Source: a virus
Lineage: Duplodnaviria; Caudoviricetes
Virus record (IMG/VR): IMGVR_UViG_3300048837_000676
Coordinates: 1 to 53,272 of that record
Direction: 5' to 3' (one strand)
DNA length: 53,272 bases
In this document: in pieces, positions 35,004 to 44,233 of the stretch
How positions within the stretch are numbered: the stretch's first letter is position 1
Layout of the letters: each line of letters opens with the position of its first letter
Made by a program: the position numbers and the translations under genes
The notes under the pieces: generated by a model
Database searches by the model: none
Told to the model about the DNA's origin: nothing
What the model saw: the letters and a program-made list of their open reading frames with translations, nothing else

Positions 35004-37231
35004 CGATCGGTCTCCGTGCTCAATCTCGACACCTTGCCATCCTTCACTTCGAGCCCCTTGCTGGCCCTGACCTGGTTGCGGACCGTCTTCTCGGTGCACC
35101 CCAGGTATTCGGCCAGCTCAGCGACGGCAGGGTTTCCGTCGATGGAGCAGGCTGCGAATGCCGCTTCTATGGCCCCGGCCTTCTCTTTTCGGCGTTCCGC
35201 GACGCTGCGTTGCTTCTCCTTCGCCGCAGCCATCCAGGGAGGTTCCTCCCCGTCCGCTTTGGCGTCTGCCAGCAGTCCCCACGAATCCTCGACGTGCAGT
35301 GGCCACCGGAAGAAGATTCGACGGGGAGAGAACGGCGCGAATTCGCGGACGGTCCCCTCTATCCGCCAACCTGTGGCCTTGTCCGCCGCCTCCCACGCCT
35401 GCGTCCTCGAAGCCCGCATGGCGTCTCCCATCCCTTCCCGCTCCCCCCATCGTGCCAGGGATTCGGCCACCAGCGCATCGTCCTGCGGGCATTTGTCGCG
35501 CCAGTCGGGGCGGCAGACATCGTAGGCGCGTTCCATCGCCGCACACTCCCACCGGTTGTGTATCTGCTTGCGCCGGTCTCCGTCGATCTGGAGTTCGATC
35601 ATGTCGAGGATCGCATCGGGGTCGCGGGCGAACACACCAGAGCCGGAAGACCGGTCGCGGCTCGCCTTCTGCCCCTGCGCCCCCTTGCTGTGATGGTGGC
35701 AGTAGATGGTAGCCGCCCCGAGGGCGAGGCAAATCTTGTCGAACTGGTTGCAGAACCGGGCCATTTCCTCGGCGGAGTTCTCGTCGCCTGTGAGCACCTT
35801 GTAGATGGGGTCGATCACCACGGCCTGATAGTGCTTCTTCTGCGCCCGGCGGATGAGCTTCGGAGCCAGCTTGTCGAGGGTCGTGGCGTTGCCCCGCAAC
35901 TGCCACACGTCCAGCATGTCGGGCGTCTTCTGCTTTCCCATCTCACGGTAGATCGACCAGTAGCGATGGATGCAGCTCATCTTGTCCAGTTCCAGGTTTA
36001 CGTAGAGCACCCGGCCCTGGCGGACGCGCCAGCCAAACCAATCCCCCCCCTCGGCCATCGCGATGCAGAGTTGCAGCAGTGCGTAGGACTTGCCCGCCTT
36101 CGACGGCCCGGACAACAGCATCTTGTGCCCTTCGCGCAGGACACCGGAGATGATTTCGGGGGCGAGGGGCGGTTCTTCCTGGCCGAATTCGAGTTCCGCG
36201 ATGTCGGGTAGGTTGTCTTTCAGGTCTTCGATCCACTCCTGCCACTCTTTCCATGAGCCCTTGCCCATGTTCGTCCCGGCCAGGAACTGCTTCCGCCCGT
36301 TCCGCATGATTCCCGGCATCCGGGACAGCCGCGACGGATTCCGGTTCTGGCGGTCCAACTGGATGCCGTTCCGTTGGCAGACCTCGTAGAGAAAGTCCAC
36401 CCGCTTGCGGTATTCCGCGTAGTCGTCCGCATCCACCCGCACAATGGCATGCAGGCTCTTGCCGCCGGAATGCACCAGCGCGGCCACCGGCAATTCCAGT
36501 TCCTTCACCAGCGCCATCTGCTTGGCGACCGGGATTTCGTCCGACTCGATCAGCGCGTAGCGGTAGCTCGTCACATTCTCGTCGCGCACTCCCTTGCCGT
36601 CCACGGGGTTGAACCGAATCCACGCCCCCACCTCCGGGTTGCAGTCGCCGATCACGGCCCCGATGTCTCCGCCGCAGCCCTGGAGCGCTTCGAGGAGCTG
36701 CCCGGCCGTCCGGTCCCAGCATCCCTTCTTCGGCAGGTGTCTGCCGTCCTTGTCCTCCCAGCTCTCCGTCACGTAGCCGACGTGTTCGTCGCTCTGAAAC
36801 AGGGTGGACAGATAGGTGGACAGGTCGCGGACGGGGTTCCATCCGTCTCCCGGCTCCTGAATCTCCTCGTCCTGCACCCATTCCTGGCGCACCACGGCCA
36901 GCCCGTCCCCCCCGTGCCCGCCGCCGATCTCGTCGTCCCATTCCAGTTCCCGGTCCGGGACGGTTTGGCGTTCCTTGGGCGGACGCCAGCCCTGCGCCTT
37001 GGCAAGCGCGACCAGTGTTCCCGCAGTGACCGGCTTGGCAGACCCGCGAAACCCGTCCCATTTCCGCCAACATTCGCCGGTCTTGTACCTGGCATGGTCT
37101 CGACGGCTCCACTGATCCCAATCCGCCGCCGTGGCCCCCGCATGCTGAAGGGCCATGCCGACCTGTAGCCATTCCTCGTAGGTAAGCATGGCGGGGTCGA
37201 TATGGTCAAGGATTTCAATCGCGTCGCTCAC
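35000..37231 (-). CDS. Primase-helicase (PriCT-2 + primase + AAA_25/RepA-like helicase + C-terminal HTH)
   Basis: Y.EWL.VGMAL...WD.WS.....Y...EC..KW.GF (PriCT-2); RFNP.DG.G; ALIESD; VHSGGKSLH; NPSRLSRMPG; Walker A GPSKAGKS; VIDPIYK; HHHSKG. Confidence 0.9.
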   Translation of the reverse strand: MSDAIEILDHIDPAMLTYEEWLQVGMALQHAGATAADWDQWSRRDHARYKTGECWRKWDGFRGSAKPVTAGTLVALAKAQGWRPPKERQTVPDRELEWDDEIGGGHGGDGLAVVRQEWVQDEEIQEPGDGWNPVRDLSTYLSTLFQSDEHVGYVTESWEDKDGRHLPKKGCWDRTAGQLLEALQGCGGDIGAVIGDCNPEVGAWIRFNPVDGKGVRDENVTSYRYALIESDEIPVAKQMALVKELELPVAALVHSGGKSLHAIVRVDADDYAEYRKRVDFLYEVCQRNGIQLDRQNRNPSRLSRMPGIMRNGRKQFLAGTNMGKGSWKEWQEWIEDLKDNLPDIAELEFGQEEPPLAPEIISGVLREGHKMLLSGPSKAGKSYALLQLCIAMAEGGDWFGWRVRQGRVLYVNLELDKMSCIHRYWSIYREMGKQKTPDMLDVWQLRGNATTLDKLAPKLIRRAQKKHYQAVVIDPIYKVLTGDENSAEEMARFCNQFDKICLALGAATIYCHHHSKGAQGQKASRDRSSGSGVFARDPDAILDMIELQIDGDRRKQIHNRWECAAMERAYDVCRPDWRDKCPQDDALVAESLARWGEREGMGDAMRASRTQAWEAADKATGWRIEGTVREFAPFSPRRIFFRWPLHVEDSWGLLADAKADGEEPPWMAAAKEKQRSVAERRKEKAGAIEAAFAACSIDGNPAVAELAEYLGCTEKTVRNQVRASKGLEVKDGKVSRLSTETDR

Positions 37232-38853
37232 AGTTCACCCCCGTTTGCTTGGGCATGCGGTTTGAATGTCTTCGGGTCGAGGTCCGCCGGAACGTGCCAG
37301 CGGTTCGCCGCGATCCGGTCGATCAGGGCGCGGGCCGAATTAAATTCCCATGTGCCAACGTCGCGGAAGCCAACCCGTTCCAGAAATCGGATTTGCTTCG
37401 GCGTGGTCAGTCCCTCGATGCGTCGTTTGTCCAGCCGGTCTAGCATTTTCTCCGCCTTCCCGGCGTTCCCCACCTCGTCGGGCAAAATGCCAAGCCGTTC
37501 GAGGGAGGCCCGCTGCGCGTCGGTCGGCGGTCCCATCTCCCAGCCGAACGCGGGCACATAGTTCACCAAGTCTTCGGCGTGGATGCTCATCTCGAACTGG
37601 AGGGGATCGACGAGCTTCTTCTTCCGGTTCCGCATTTCGGCCAGCCGTTTGGCGAGAGCCTCTTCGCGCTCCGCGATGCAGTCTCCCTCCGCCTTCTTCT
37701 CCGCCTCTTCCAGATCGACCGCCATGCCGGATTCGGCCTCGATGTTCGCCGTCATCTTTTTGGCGACTTCGGCGTCCTCCGCGATCAGGCAGGCCGGGCG
37801 ACAGAGTTCGTGCTTCTCGCTGTTCCAGAGAAAATCCAACAGGAGCAGGTGGTCTTTGCCCGTCTCCGGCGAAAGCCGTGTCCCCCGCCCCACCATCTGG
37901 CAGTACAGGCTGCGGACCTTGGTAGGGCGCAGGCAGACGATGCAGTCTACGGCTGGCTCGTCCCAGCCCTCGGTGAGCAGCATCGAGTTGCATAGCACAT
38001 TGGTCCTGCCGTTGTGGAAGTCGCGCAGGACTTCCGCTCTGTCCTTGCTGTCCCCGTTGACTTCGCCGGCTTTGAACCCGCGAGCCAGCAGCAGGTCGCG
38101 CATCTTCTGGCTGGTCGCCACCAGAGGCAGGAACACCACGGTCTTCCGCCCCCGGCAGTGCTCGGCCATCTCGTTGGCAATCAGGTGCAGATACGGGTCC
38201 AGCGCGGTGCCCAGGCCGCCGACGGCAAAGTCTCCGCCAGTCATCGCCACCCCCGTCAGGTCGAGTTTCAGCGGGATGGTCATGGCCTTGATCGGAGTGA
38301 GATAGCCGTCCCGGATAGCCTTCGGCAAAGTGTACTCGTAGGCGAGACTGTCGAAATACTGCCCCAGGTTGCGCATGTCGCCCCGGTCGGGCGTGGCCGT
38401 CACCCCGAGCACCTTCGCTTCGGCGAAATGCCCCAGAACCCGCTGGTAGCTGTCGGCCAGCGCGTGGTGGGCCTCGTCCACGATAATGTGTGAGAAGTGG
38501 GCATGGCCGAATTGGGCAAGCCGAGTCGGCCTCATCATCGTCTGTACACTGCCTACCGTGATCCGGAACCACTCGATCAGGCAGCTAAGCTCGGCCTTCT
38601 CGACGGAGCACCCGAGCCCCGTCGCCTTGGCCATCTTGTCCGCCGCCTGCTGAAGCAGTTCCTCGCGGTGGGCCAGGATCAACACCCGCCCGCCGCCGCG
38701 AACCAAATCCTCTGCCAGCTTGCAGAAGACGATGGTTTTGCCGCAGCCGGTCGGCAGGACCAGCAGCGTTCGCCTTACGTCCGGCTTCGCCCACTCTCGG
38801 TGGATCGCGCTCCGCGCCTCGTCCTGGTATGGTCTAAGTTGCATATTGCCCAT
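37228..38853 (-). CDS. DEAD/DEAH-box SF2 helicase
   Basis: LRPYQ, LPTGCGKT, DEAHH, GVTATP.R.D, LLTEGWD and QMVGRGTR. Confidence 0.93.
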   Translation of the reverse strand: MGNMQLRPYQDEARSAIHREWAKPDVRRTLLVLPTGCGKTIVFCKLAEDLVRGGGRVLILAHREELLQQAADKMAKATGLGCSVEKAELSCLIEWFRITVGSVQTMMRPTRLAQFGHAHFSHIIVDEAHHALADSYQRVLGHFAEAKVLGVTATPDRGDMRNLGQYFDSLAYEYTLPKAIRDGYLTPIKAMTIPLKLDLTGVAMTGGDFAVGGLGTALDPYLHLIANEMAEHCRGRKTVVFLPLVATSQKMRDLLLARGFKAGEVNGDSKDRAEVLRDFHNGRTNVLCNSMLLTEGWDEPAVDCIVCLRPTKVRSLYCQMVGRGTRLSPETGKDHLLLLDFLWNSEKHELCRPACLIAEDAEVAKKMTANIEAESGMAVDLEEAEKKAEGDCIAEREEALAKRLAEMRNRKKKLVDPLQFEMSIHAEDLVNYVPAFGWEMGPPTDAQRASLERLGILPDEVGNAGKAEKMLDRLDKRRIEGLTTPKQIRFLERVGFRDVGTWEFNSARALIDRIAANRWHVPADLDPKTFKPHAQANGGEL

Positions 38854-39071
38854 AGTCTCCGTAGGTCGTTTTGCAGGGCTCCGTATCTAGCCCTCGGTCC
38901 TGTCCGCCCGCGGCTGGCGTCCTCTTGCAGGGACTCCAGCCAACGCGCCGGGTCGGCATAGGTGTTCCAGCATTCCTGCCCGTTGTGCCCTCGCCCCAGG
39001 CGAACCCGGTACGGCCCCGGCGGCAAGTCCGCCGGGGCCAGCGACAAGACCCATTGGAACAGGTCAACCAC
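38775..39071 (-). CDS. Hypothetical protein
   Basis: Fills the gap between the SSB and helicase genes; GPRARYGALQ.DL..L motif; overlaps the helicase start. Confidence 0.45.
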   Translation of the reverse strand: MVDLFQWVLSLAPADLPPGPYRVRLGRGHNGQECWNTYADPARWLESLQEDASRGRTGPRARYGALQNDLRRLWAICNLDHTRTRRGARSTESGRSRT

Positions 39072-39524
39072 CTAGAAAGCACCCTCTTTCCAGCCGGAAG
39101 CGGCGGTCTTCGGCGGCTTGCCCGCGTCGCTGGGGTCAAGAAAGCGCTTGATCTCGGTATACTTCTCGCCGTTGTACTCGCGGATGCCGGTCTTGCAGCG
39201 CCCCGTCGCACCGGGCACCGTGTTCCAGTCCATGCGCAGCGCCTCGCCGTGCTTCCGCGCGCCGATGCTGCGGAAGAACTCGCACAGCAGCCCCTCGGTC
39301 TTGCTGTGCAGGTAGAGGCGGTGCTTGGTGAAGGCCGTGCCGTGCTCGCCGCCGTCGATCTCGATGGAGAGGACAGCCATGTTGCAGGGGGGGAGCTTCT
39401 CGGACCCGGCGAACCGGCCCCGCTCGAAGCCCTTCACCTTGAAGTCGTAGTCTCCGACGGGAAGGACAACGAAGTCCTCGCCGTCGTTCTGGATCGTCTC
39501 GTTCCAACCGTATTCGCGTTCCAT
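39072..39524 (-). CDS. Phage ssDNA-binding protein (DUF669-like)
   Basis: F.VLP.GDY.F.V..FERG...GS.KLP.C..A and L.LH...EG.L..FF.SIG; follows the AAA_24 gene. Confidence 0.75.
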   Translation of the reverse strand: MEREYGWNETIQNDGEDFVVLPVGDYDFKVKGFERGRFAGSEKLPPCNMAVLSIEIDGGEHGTAFTKHRLYLHSKTEGLLCEFFRSIGARKHGEALRMDWNTVPGATGRCKTGIREYNGEKYTEIKRFLDPSDAGKPPKTAASGWKEGAF

Positions 39525-40646
39525 CTACTTGGTCTCCTTCATGCGCTTGATCGCGGAGTGGACCTGATCCCACGCGGCGATCAGGACTCCGTTTACGAAG
39601 TTCTCGTCGTACACGCCGATGGGCGTGTTCTCGGGGTAGTAGCCCTTGCTGGCGACCACTCGCCGAATGTCCTCCTCCTGCACCCCGTGCATGGTCATCA
39701 GATCGAAGAGCTTGGGCGAGAATGCGTCGGGCTGGGTATGCGCGACCCGCGTCCCCGTCGCCTCGGGCTCCGGAGCGGGCTCCTGGATGGCCTTGCGCTC
39801 AACGGCATCCGCCGGATCGGGCATCGCCTCCTCGGGTATCGGCTTCGGCGCGGCTTCCCGTTTCGGGTCATTCTGCCCGTCCGGCTCTTCGCTCTGCTTG
39901 CAGGCCGTGCCCGGCTGAGTCTTCTTGTGCTCGACTGAGCCGCCCGCCCCGCCGAAGCACCCCGCCACGGCGGCGAAGGAGAAGGGGAGAACGTCGTCCA
40001 GTCCGTGCCGGTTCTTCGCATCCCAACAAGCGTGATGACTGGTGTACATCACCCGCTTGCCGCCCTGCGCCTTCTTCTTCCCGTCGATCTCCACGACGAC
40101 GGTCTGGTAGTTGGCGAAGAGCACCATGTCCGCCCATTCCTTGAGAAGCGGAGCGCACTTCTTCGAGAGCTTCAGCTCCCAGCGGTCGTACTGGCCGGCC
40201 TCGTCCGGCTGCTCGAACTTCCGCATGGCCGCATGGGCCAGGACCACCACATGCCGACCGCTTTCCGCGATGTCGGCCAGGTAGTTCAACATCTTCCCCC
40301 ACTTCTCGGCCAGGTACGTGAACCCCTTGCCGTAGCCGAAGTCCTCGATGCCGCCCTTCTGCGAAGCGGCGCAGAGGTCTTCGATGCAGAGTTGCTCCGC
40401 CCAATCGGCGGTGTCGATGACCAGCGTCCGGTAGTCGGTCTCCCGGAACATCCGCACCTGCTGGCCGAACATCGCCCAGCTAGTGGGGCGGGGGAACCGC
40501 GCCACATCGAGCTGCGCCGTGCTCCCCTCGGTGTCGATGAACAACGGCTCGGGGAACTGGCTGGCGAAGGTGCTCTTGCCGATCCCCTCCGGCCCGTACA
40601 CCACAACCCGCTGGGCCTTCTGCTGTTTGCCCGTGATGATCTCCAT
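39525..40646 (-). CDS. AAA_24 / Sak4-like ATP-binding recombination protein
   Basis: YGPEGIGKST, FIDTEGS, LVIDTADW, FGYGKG, EWAD..LFANY and DAKNR. Confidence 0.88.
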   Translation of the reverse strand: MEIITGKQQKAQRVVVYGPEGIGKSTFASQFPEPLFIDTEGSTAQLDVARFPRPTSWAMFGQQVRMFRETDYRTLVIDTADWAEQLCIEDLCAASQKGGIEDFGYGKGFTYLAEKWGKMLNYLADIAESGRHVVVLAHAAMRKFEQPDEAGQYDRWELKLSKKCAPLLKEWADMVLFANYQTVVVEIDGKKKAQGGKRVMYTSHHACWDAKNRHGLDDVLPFSFAAVAGCFGGAGGSVEHKKTQPGTACKQSEEPDGQNDPKREAAPKPIPEEAMPDPADAVERKAIQEPAPEPEATGTRVAHTQPDAFSPKLFDLMTMHGVQEEDIRRVVASKGYYPENTPIGVYDENFVNGVLIAAWDQVHSAIKRMKETK

Positions 40647-40648
40647 GA

Positions 40649-40903
40649 CTACTTGTCCTTTCTGAACATGTTCGCGATGATCTGTTTTTTGATTTCCGTC
40701 ACCAGTTCGGGCGGCGGAAGGGAATTCGTCGGCTGTCCGTTCGCCTTGCGCAGTTCCTGGATCAGCACCTCGGCCTGGGGCAGGGGAATCCCCTTCTGCT
40801 CCAGAAACCGTTTGAGGTCTTCGGCCTTGGTGTTCCAGGTGCCCACCGCCAGCCATGCCGCCTCCTGGTCGATCCGCTGCGCCAGCATCTGTAGAGTCGT
40901 CAT
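40649..40903 (-). CDS. Hypothetical protein
   Basis: Closely packed ORF between the two ATPase genes. Confidence 0.5.
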   Translation of the reverse strand: MTTLQMLAQRIDQEAAWLAVGTWNTKAEDLKRFLEQKGIPLPQAEVLIQELRKANGQPTNSLPPPELVTEIKKQIIANMFRKDK

Positions 40904-40905
40904 GG

Positions 40906-42192
40906 CTAGAAGCTCCCCGGCACGAACTTGGGCTTGGCGTCGGGCGCGGTGAGCGTCCCGGTCCCGTCCTCGATGATGATCGAGCACTCGTCACCAGTGC
41001 TCACCCGGGTCGCGATGGCCTGCAAGCCCTCGGACTCCAGCCAGTCGCCAAACTGGCGCAGGCTCCGCAGGTCCATCTGCTCCAGCTTGTCCAGCAGCAC
41101 AAAGCCGCAGTCCGGGTTCAGACGGCGCACGATGGCCGTCGCCACCTGCAACTGCTCCGCCCCGCTCATGCCGTCCCAGGGCTGGCCCCGGTAGAAGAGA
41201 GCGCCTTCCGCCACCGACAGGCCCGGCATCGGCAGGTCCGCGCCGTCCAGCAGAGCCGTCTTCTCCCGGCGGGTCTCGTCCAGCCTGGCGGTCAGTTCGT
41301 CGTACTGCTTCCGGTGGCTGGCGGCGTCCTCGATGGCCTTGGCTTTGTCCAGGTTGGCCCGTACCTTGGCGTTCGTCTCGTCGATCTCCGCCAGCCGCTG
41401 CTCGATTTCCGCCGTGCTGGCGTCCTCCAGTTCGCTGGCCGACTTGCTGGCCGTCTCGTAGTCGGCGGCGATCACCGCCTGCCGTTTCTCGGCTTCGGCC
41501 AGCCGACCACGCAGGGAAGCCACTTCGCCGTCGATGGCCTTCAAGTCCATCGCCAGCCGGTCCACCCGCTGCCGCTTCCTCTGGTTTTCACCGTTGCGGG
41601 CCAGAATCTCCTGCTGCTCGCGGATCAGTTCCGCCGCAGTGACCGGCACGTACGGGGCGTCCGCGAAGGCGGGAAGCTCGTCCGCGAACTTCTGCTTGCG
41701 GTCGGCAATCTGTCCGGTCGCGTGGCGCTCGCTGTAGATGCGCTGCTCCGCCTGCTCAAGCCGGGCCAGTTCCTCGCCCACCCCGATCACCTGGAGCAGC
41801 GTTTCCGCCTTCTCCCGCGCCGAGGCGTTCAGAAACTTCGGCAGGTCCAGGGCGAACTGGTGGACAAAGGCGTCCAGCAGCTTCTGCCCGCCCCGGTTCC
41901 CCTGCGGGTCCGTCACCTTGAGGGCGCAGTTCTTGCCCTTTCGCTCCACCACGATGCCGTTCGAGAGCGTCACCTTGATCTCGGGGGGAACCAGCGAGCC
42001 GTCCCGCTCCGCCTTGCTCGGGCGGTAGCGCTCGCCGCCGAGGGCGTAGGCAATGGCGTCAAGGACGCTCGTCTTCCCCTCGCCGTTCGCCCCGCCGATC
42101 ACCGTCAGAGCCTGCCCGGTGCAGTCCAGCCGGACGGCCTTGACCCTCTTGAGATTCTCCACTTCAAGCGCATTGATCTTCACGTTGCCCAC
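40906..42192 (-). CDS. SMC/AAA_23-like coiled-coil ATPase
   Basis: N-terminal L.VEN.KR.K, Walker A GANGEGKTS, long coiled coil, signature MSGAEQ and Walker B VLLDKLE. Confidence 0.88.
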   Translation of the reverse strand: MGNVKINALEVENLKRVKAVRLDCTGQALTVIGGANGEGKTSVLDAIAYALGGERYRPSKAERDGSLVPPEIKVTLSNGIVVERKGKNCALKVTDPQGNRGGQKLLDAFVHQFALDLPKFLNASAREKAETLLQVIGVGEELARLEQAEQRIYSERHATGQIADRKQKFADELPAFADAPYVPVTAAELIREQQEILARNGENQRKRQRVDRLAMDLKAIDGEVASLRGRLAEAEKRQAVIAADYETASKSASELEDASTAEIEQRLAEIDETNAKVRANLDKAKAIEDAASHRKQYDELTARLDETRREKTALLDGADLPMPGLSVAEGALFYRGQPWDGMSGAEQLQVATAIVRRLNPDCGFVLLDKLEQMDLRSLRQFGDWLESEGLQAIATRVSTGDECSIIIEDGTGTLTAPDAKPKFVPGSF

Positions 42193-42222
42193 CGTCGTTT
42201 CTCCTTGTGTTGGTCGTCTTGC

Positions 42223-42498
42223 CTAGTCCAGTTCGGCGTCGCACTCGTCGCAGAACGGATCATCCTCCGCGCAGTCCGCGCAGTGGACTGCCCCGCATTT
42301 GGGGCACAGCCGCATGTCTTCCAGCCCGGTCCGTTCGCCGCAGCGGACGCACACATACCGCTCGTCGCTCTTGGCCTTCTTCATGTCCTCGTCCTTTTCC
42401 ATGTTTGTCGCGGCCCCGCATACCGGGCACGGCCCGGCGGTGTCGTCGCCGAGTACCACCGTGCGGCATCGGGGGCAGTTGTGCAGCTTGCAGGTCAT
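42223..42498 (-). CDS. Multi-CxxC zinc finger protein
   Basis: Six CxxC motifs; ATGA overlap with the excisionase-like gene. Confidence 0.6.
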   Translation of the reverse strand: MTCKLHNCPRCRTVVLGDDTAGPCPVCGAATNMEKDEDMKKAKSDERYVCVRCGERTGLEDMRLCPKCGAVHCADCAEDDPFCDECDAELD

Positions 42499-42797
42499 CG
42501 CTCCGTCATCTCCCGGATTGCCTCCAGCGGGATGCGGTAGTCCCGCCCCAGCCGCTTGCCGGGCAATCGACCGTCGGCCACCATCCGGCGAACGGTGTAG
42601 ATGCTGGTGGCCAGCAGGTCGGCAGCTTCGCGGACAGTCACCATCCGGCAACCGGAGGCCGCTTCCTCGCGTCCGCCCGGCTCGTAGGTCCGGAGAGCCG
42701 CCACCAGCCCCGTCGGCGAGATGCCGGGGACGTGAGGTTCCAGCAAGGCATGGATGGCCGTCAGGGAAGCGGCGGGGATGGGTGTGGCGATTTTCAT
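42495..42797 (-). CDS. Excisionase-like DNA-binding protein (HTH_17)
   Basis: VTVREAADLL..S..TVRRMV..G.L...RLG..YRIP. Confidence 0.8.
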   Translation of the reverse strand: MKIATPIPAASLTAIHALLEPHVPGISPTGLVAALRTYEPGGREEAASGCRMVTVREAADLLATSIYTVRRMVADGRLPGKRLGRDYRIPLEAIREMTER

Positions 42798-43018
42798 TCC
42801 CCGAACCCCCGGCAGAGAAACCAGACGGCGGCGGTTACGAGCGCAGTAGCGGCGCAACAGGCCAGAAGCGCGACGGCCTGCCTGCATCCGTCGGTGTGCA
42901 GGCGGACTTGCCGCGACCGCCATGCGACCGCATCGGGCGACATTCCCGCCGCCCGCCGTTTTGCCTGGGGTCCGCTGTAGATGCGGAGCTTGCCAAATTT
43001 GCGGCTATTCAAGCGCAT
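42794..43018 (-). CDS. Small membrane protein
   Basis: GGAGG RBS; C-terminal hydrophobic helix. Confidence 0.5.
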   Translation of the reverse strand: MRLNSRKFGKLRIYSGPQAKRRAAGMSPDAVAWRSRQVRLHTDGCRQAVALLACCAATALVTAAVWFLCRGFGE

Positions 43019-43020
43019 GG

Positions 43021-43542
43021 TCAGCCCTCCATGCCGACTCGGGCGGAGGCCCGGTCGAGGTCCGCGATCACCTTGTCCACGCTTGTGCGGGCCAGCCGCT
43101 GCTGGCGGTCGGTGTCCGCCTCACCGTCCTCACCGTCCTCGCCGTCCTCTAGCGCGGAGCCGATGGGCTCGGGAAGCGGGCTCTCCGCCCATGCCGTCGT
43201 CAGCAGGGTGTTCTCAGCCAGCATCCGGGCCGGGCGGATGAAACCGCGCGACAGATGCTCTCCGATGGTCGTCAGGACCATCCGCAGGTGTTTGATCTCG
43301 TCGATCAAGCCCCGCTCGGTGACGGGGTGGATGCGCCGCTCCTGGGCGATCTCCCACAGGTTGAGCAGTCCGCCCCGGTGCTCGCCGTTCAGGCTGGTCG
43401 CCTGCCACAGCGTCGAGGTCTGGCAGGCCGAGCAGGCCAGTCGCTCGATGCCGCGCTTGCGGTCGCTGATCCAGTGGACCTGCCCCCCGCAGCGGCAGGC
43501 CTGCGACGATTTCGTCAGGACTTGGTTCTCGGTGGTTGCCAT
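43021..43542 (-). CDS. Hypothetical protein with N-terminal Zn ribbon
   Basis: AAGGAG RBS; CRCGG...CSAC. Confidence 0.6.
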   Translation of the reverse strand: MATTENQVLTKSSQACRCGGQVHWISDRKRGIERLACSACQTSTLWQATSLNGEHRGGLLNLWEIAQERRIHPVTERGLIDEIKHLRMVLTTIGEHLSRGFIRPARMLAENTLLTTAWAESPLPEPIGSALEDGEDGEDGEADTDRQQRLARTSVDKVIADLDRASARVGMEG

Positions 43543-43569
43543 GCGCGTGGCTCCTTATTCCACAGAAGT

Positions 43570-43746
43570 CTACCGAAGTTCAGATGCGTACTTTTGGGGG
43601 AGGTACTCAAGCAGAGCCTTCTCCACGATTCGGCGGCGAGGGATGTCCGTCGCTTTGTTCACCCTGTCGATCAAGGCCCGAACTTCGGGGCCGACTTCGA
43701 CTATCCGGCTTTCCGCTTGGCTCTTGTAGGTTTTTCGCTTCGTCAT
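43570..43746 (-). CDS. Ribbon-helix-helix (Arc/Cro-position) DNA-binding protein
   Basis: AGGAG RBS; VEVGPEVRALIDRV......RRRIVEKALLEYL; divergent from the CI-like gene. Confidence 0.65.
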   Translation of the reverse strand: MTKRKTYKSQAESRIVEVGPEVRALIDRVNKATDIPRRRIVEKALLEYLPQKYASELR

Positions 43747-43784
43747 GGTGGTCTCCTGTTGCTGGTGTGATTTGTGCCTACGCT

Positions 43785-43870
43785 GAGAAAGTAACACAGA
43801 AGTTTTCCGAAGCAAACCAAAGAACACAATATTTTTCTTTGGTTTACTTTTGATCTTGGTGTATGGTGGT
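43785..43870. promoter_or_regulatory. Divergent promoter / operator region of the lysis-lysogeny switch
   Basis: AT-rich; inverted repeat AAACCAAAGAA-N10-TTCTTTGGTTT (43814-43845); leftward TTGCTT-16-TACTTT and rightward TTGGTT-17-TATGGT candidates. Confidence 0.55.
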
Positions 43871-43891
43871 GTTGCATCGGGAGTTACAGCC

Positions 43892-44233
43892 ATGAAAAAA
43901 CCTACTCCGGAAATCCGCAGAGCAATCGATTTGTGCATGGTGGATCGCGGGTTGACCGCTCGCGAGCTTGCCTCAATGGTTGGCGTCGCAGAGAGCTCCA
44001 TGTCAAGTTGGCGGTCGGGGAAGCAGAACATAGCGAATCCCCACTGGGCCAAACTCCGAGAGATTCTCGCTCCCTATCTGGATTCGCCCACGCCGGGGAG
44101 TTCCCCTAGCGCCGTGTCTCCCGGCGACGTGTCCGGATTCTCGACCGTTCCCGTGATCTGGATTGCCCGCGCCGCCGACTACGAAGCCTGCCTTCAGTCG
44201 GTCACGATAACAACCACATCGCCGTCAGGCTAG
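43892..44233 (+). CDS. CI-like XRE repressor, apparently truncated before the S24 peptidase domain
   Basis: RGLTARELASMVGVAESSMSSWRSG HTH, a linker, then VPVI..A.AA.Y (start of an S24-type domain) and an early stop overlapping the stop of the giant gene. Confidence 0.75.
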   Translation: MKKPTPEIRRAIDLCMVDRGLTARELASMVGVAESSMSSWRSGKQNIANPHWAKLREILAPYLDSPTPGSSPSAVSPGDVSGFSTVPVIWIARAADYEACLQSVTITTTSPSG

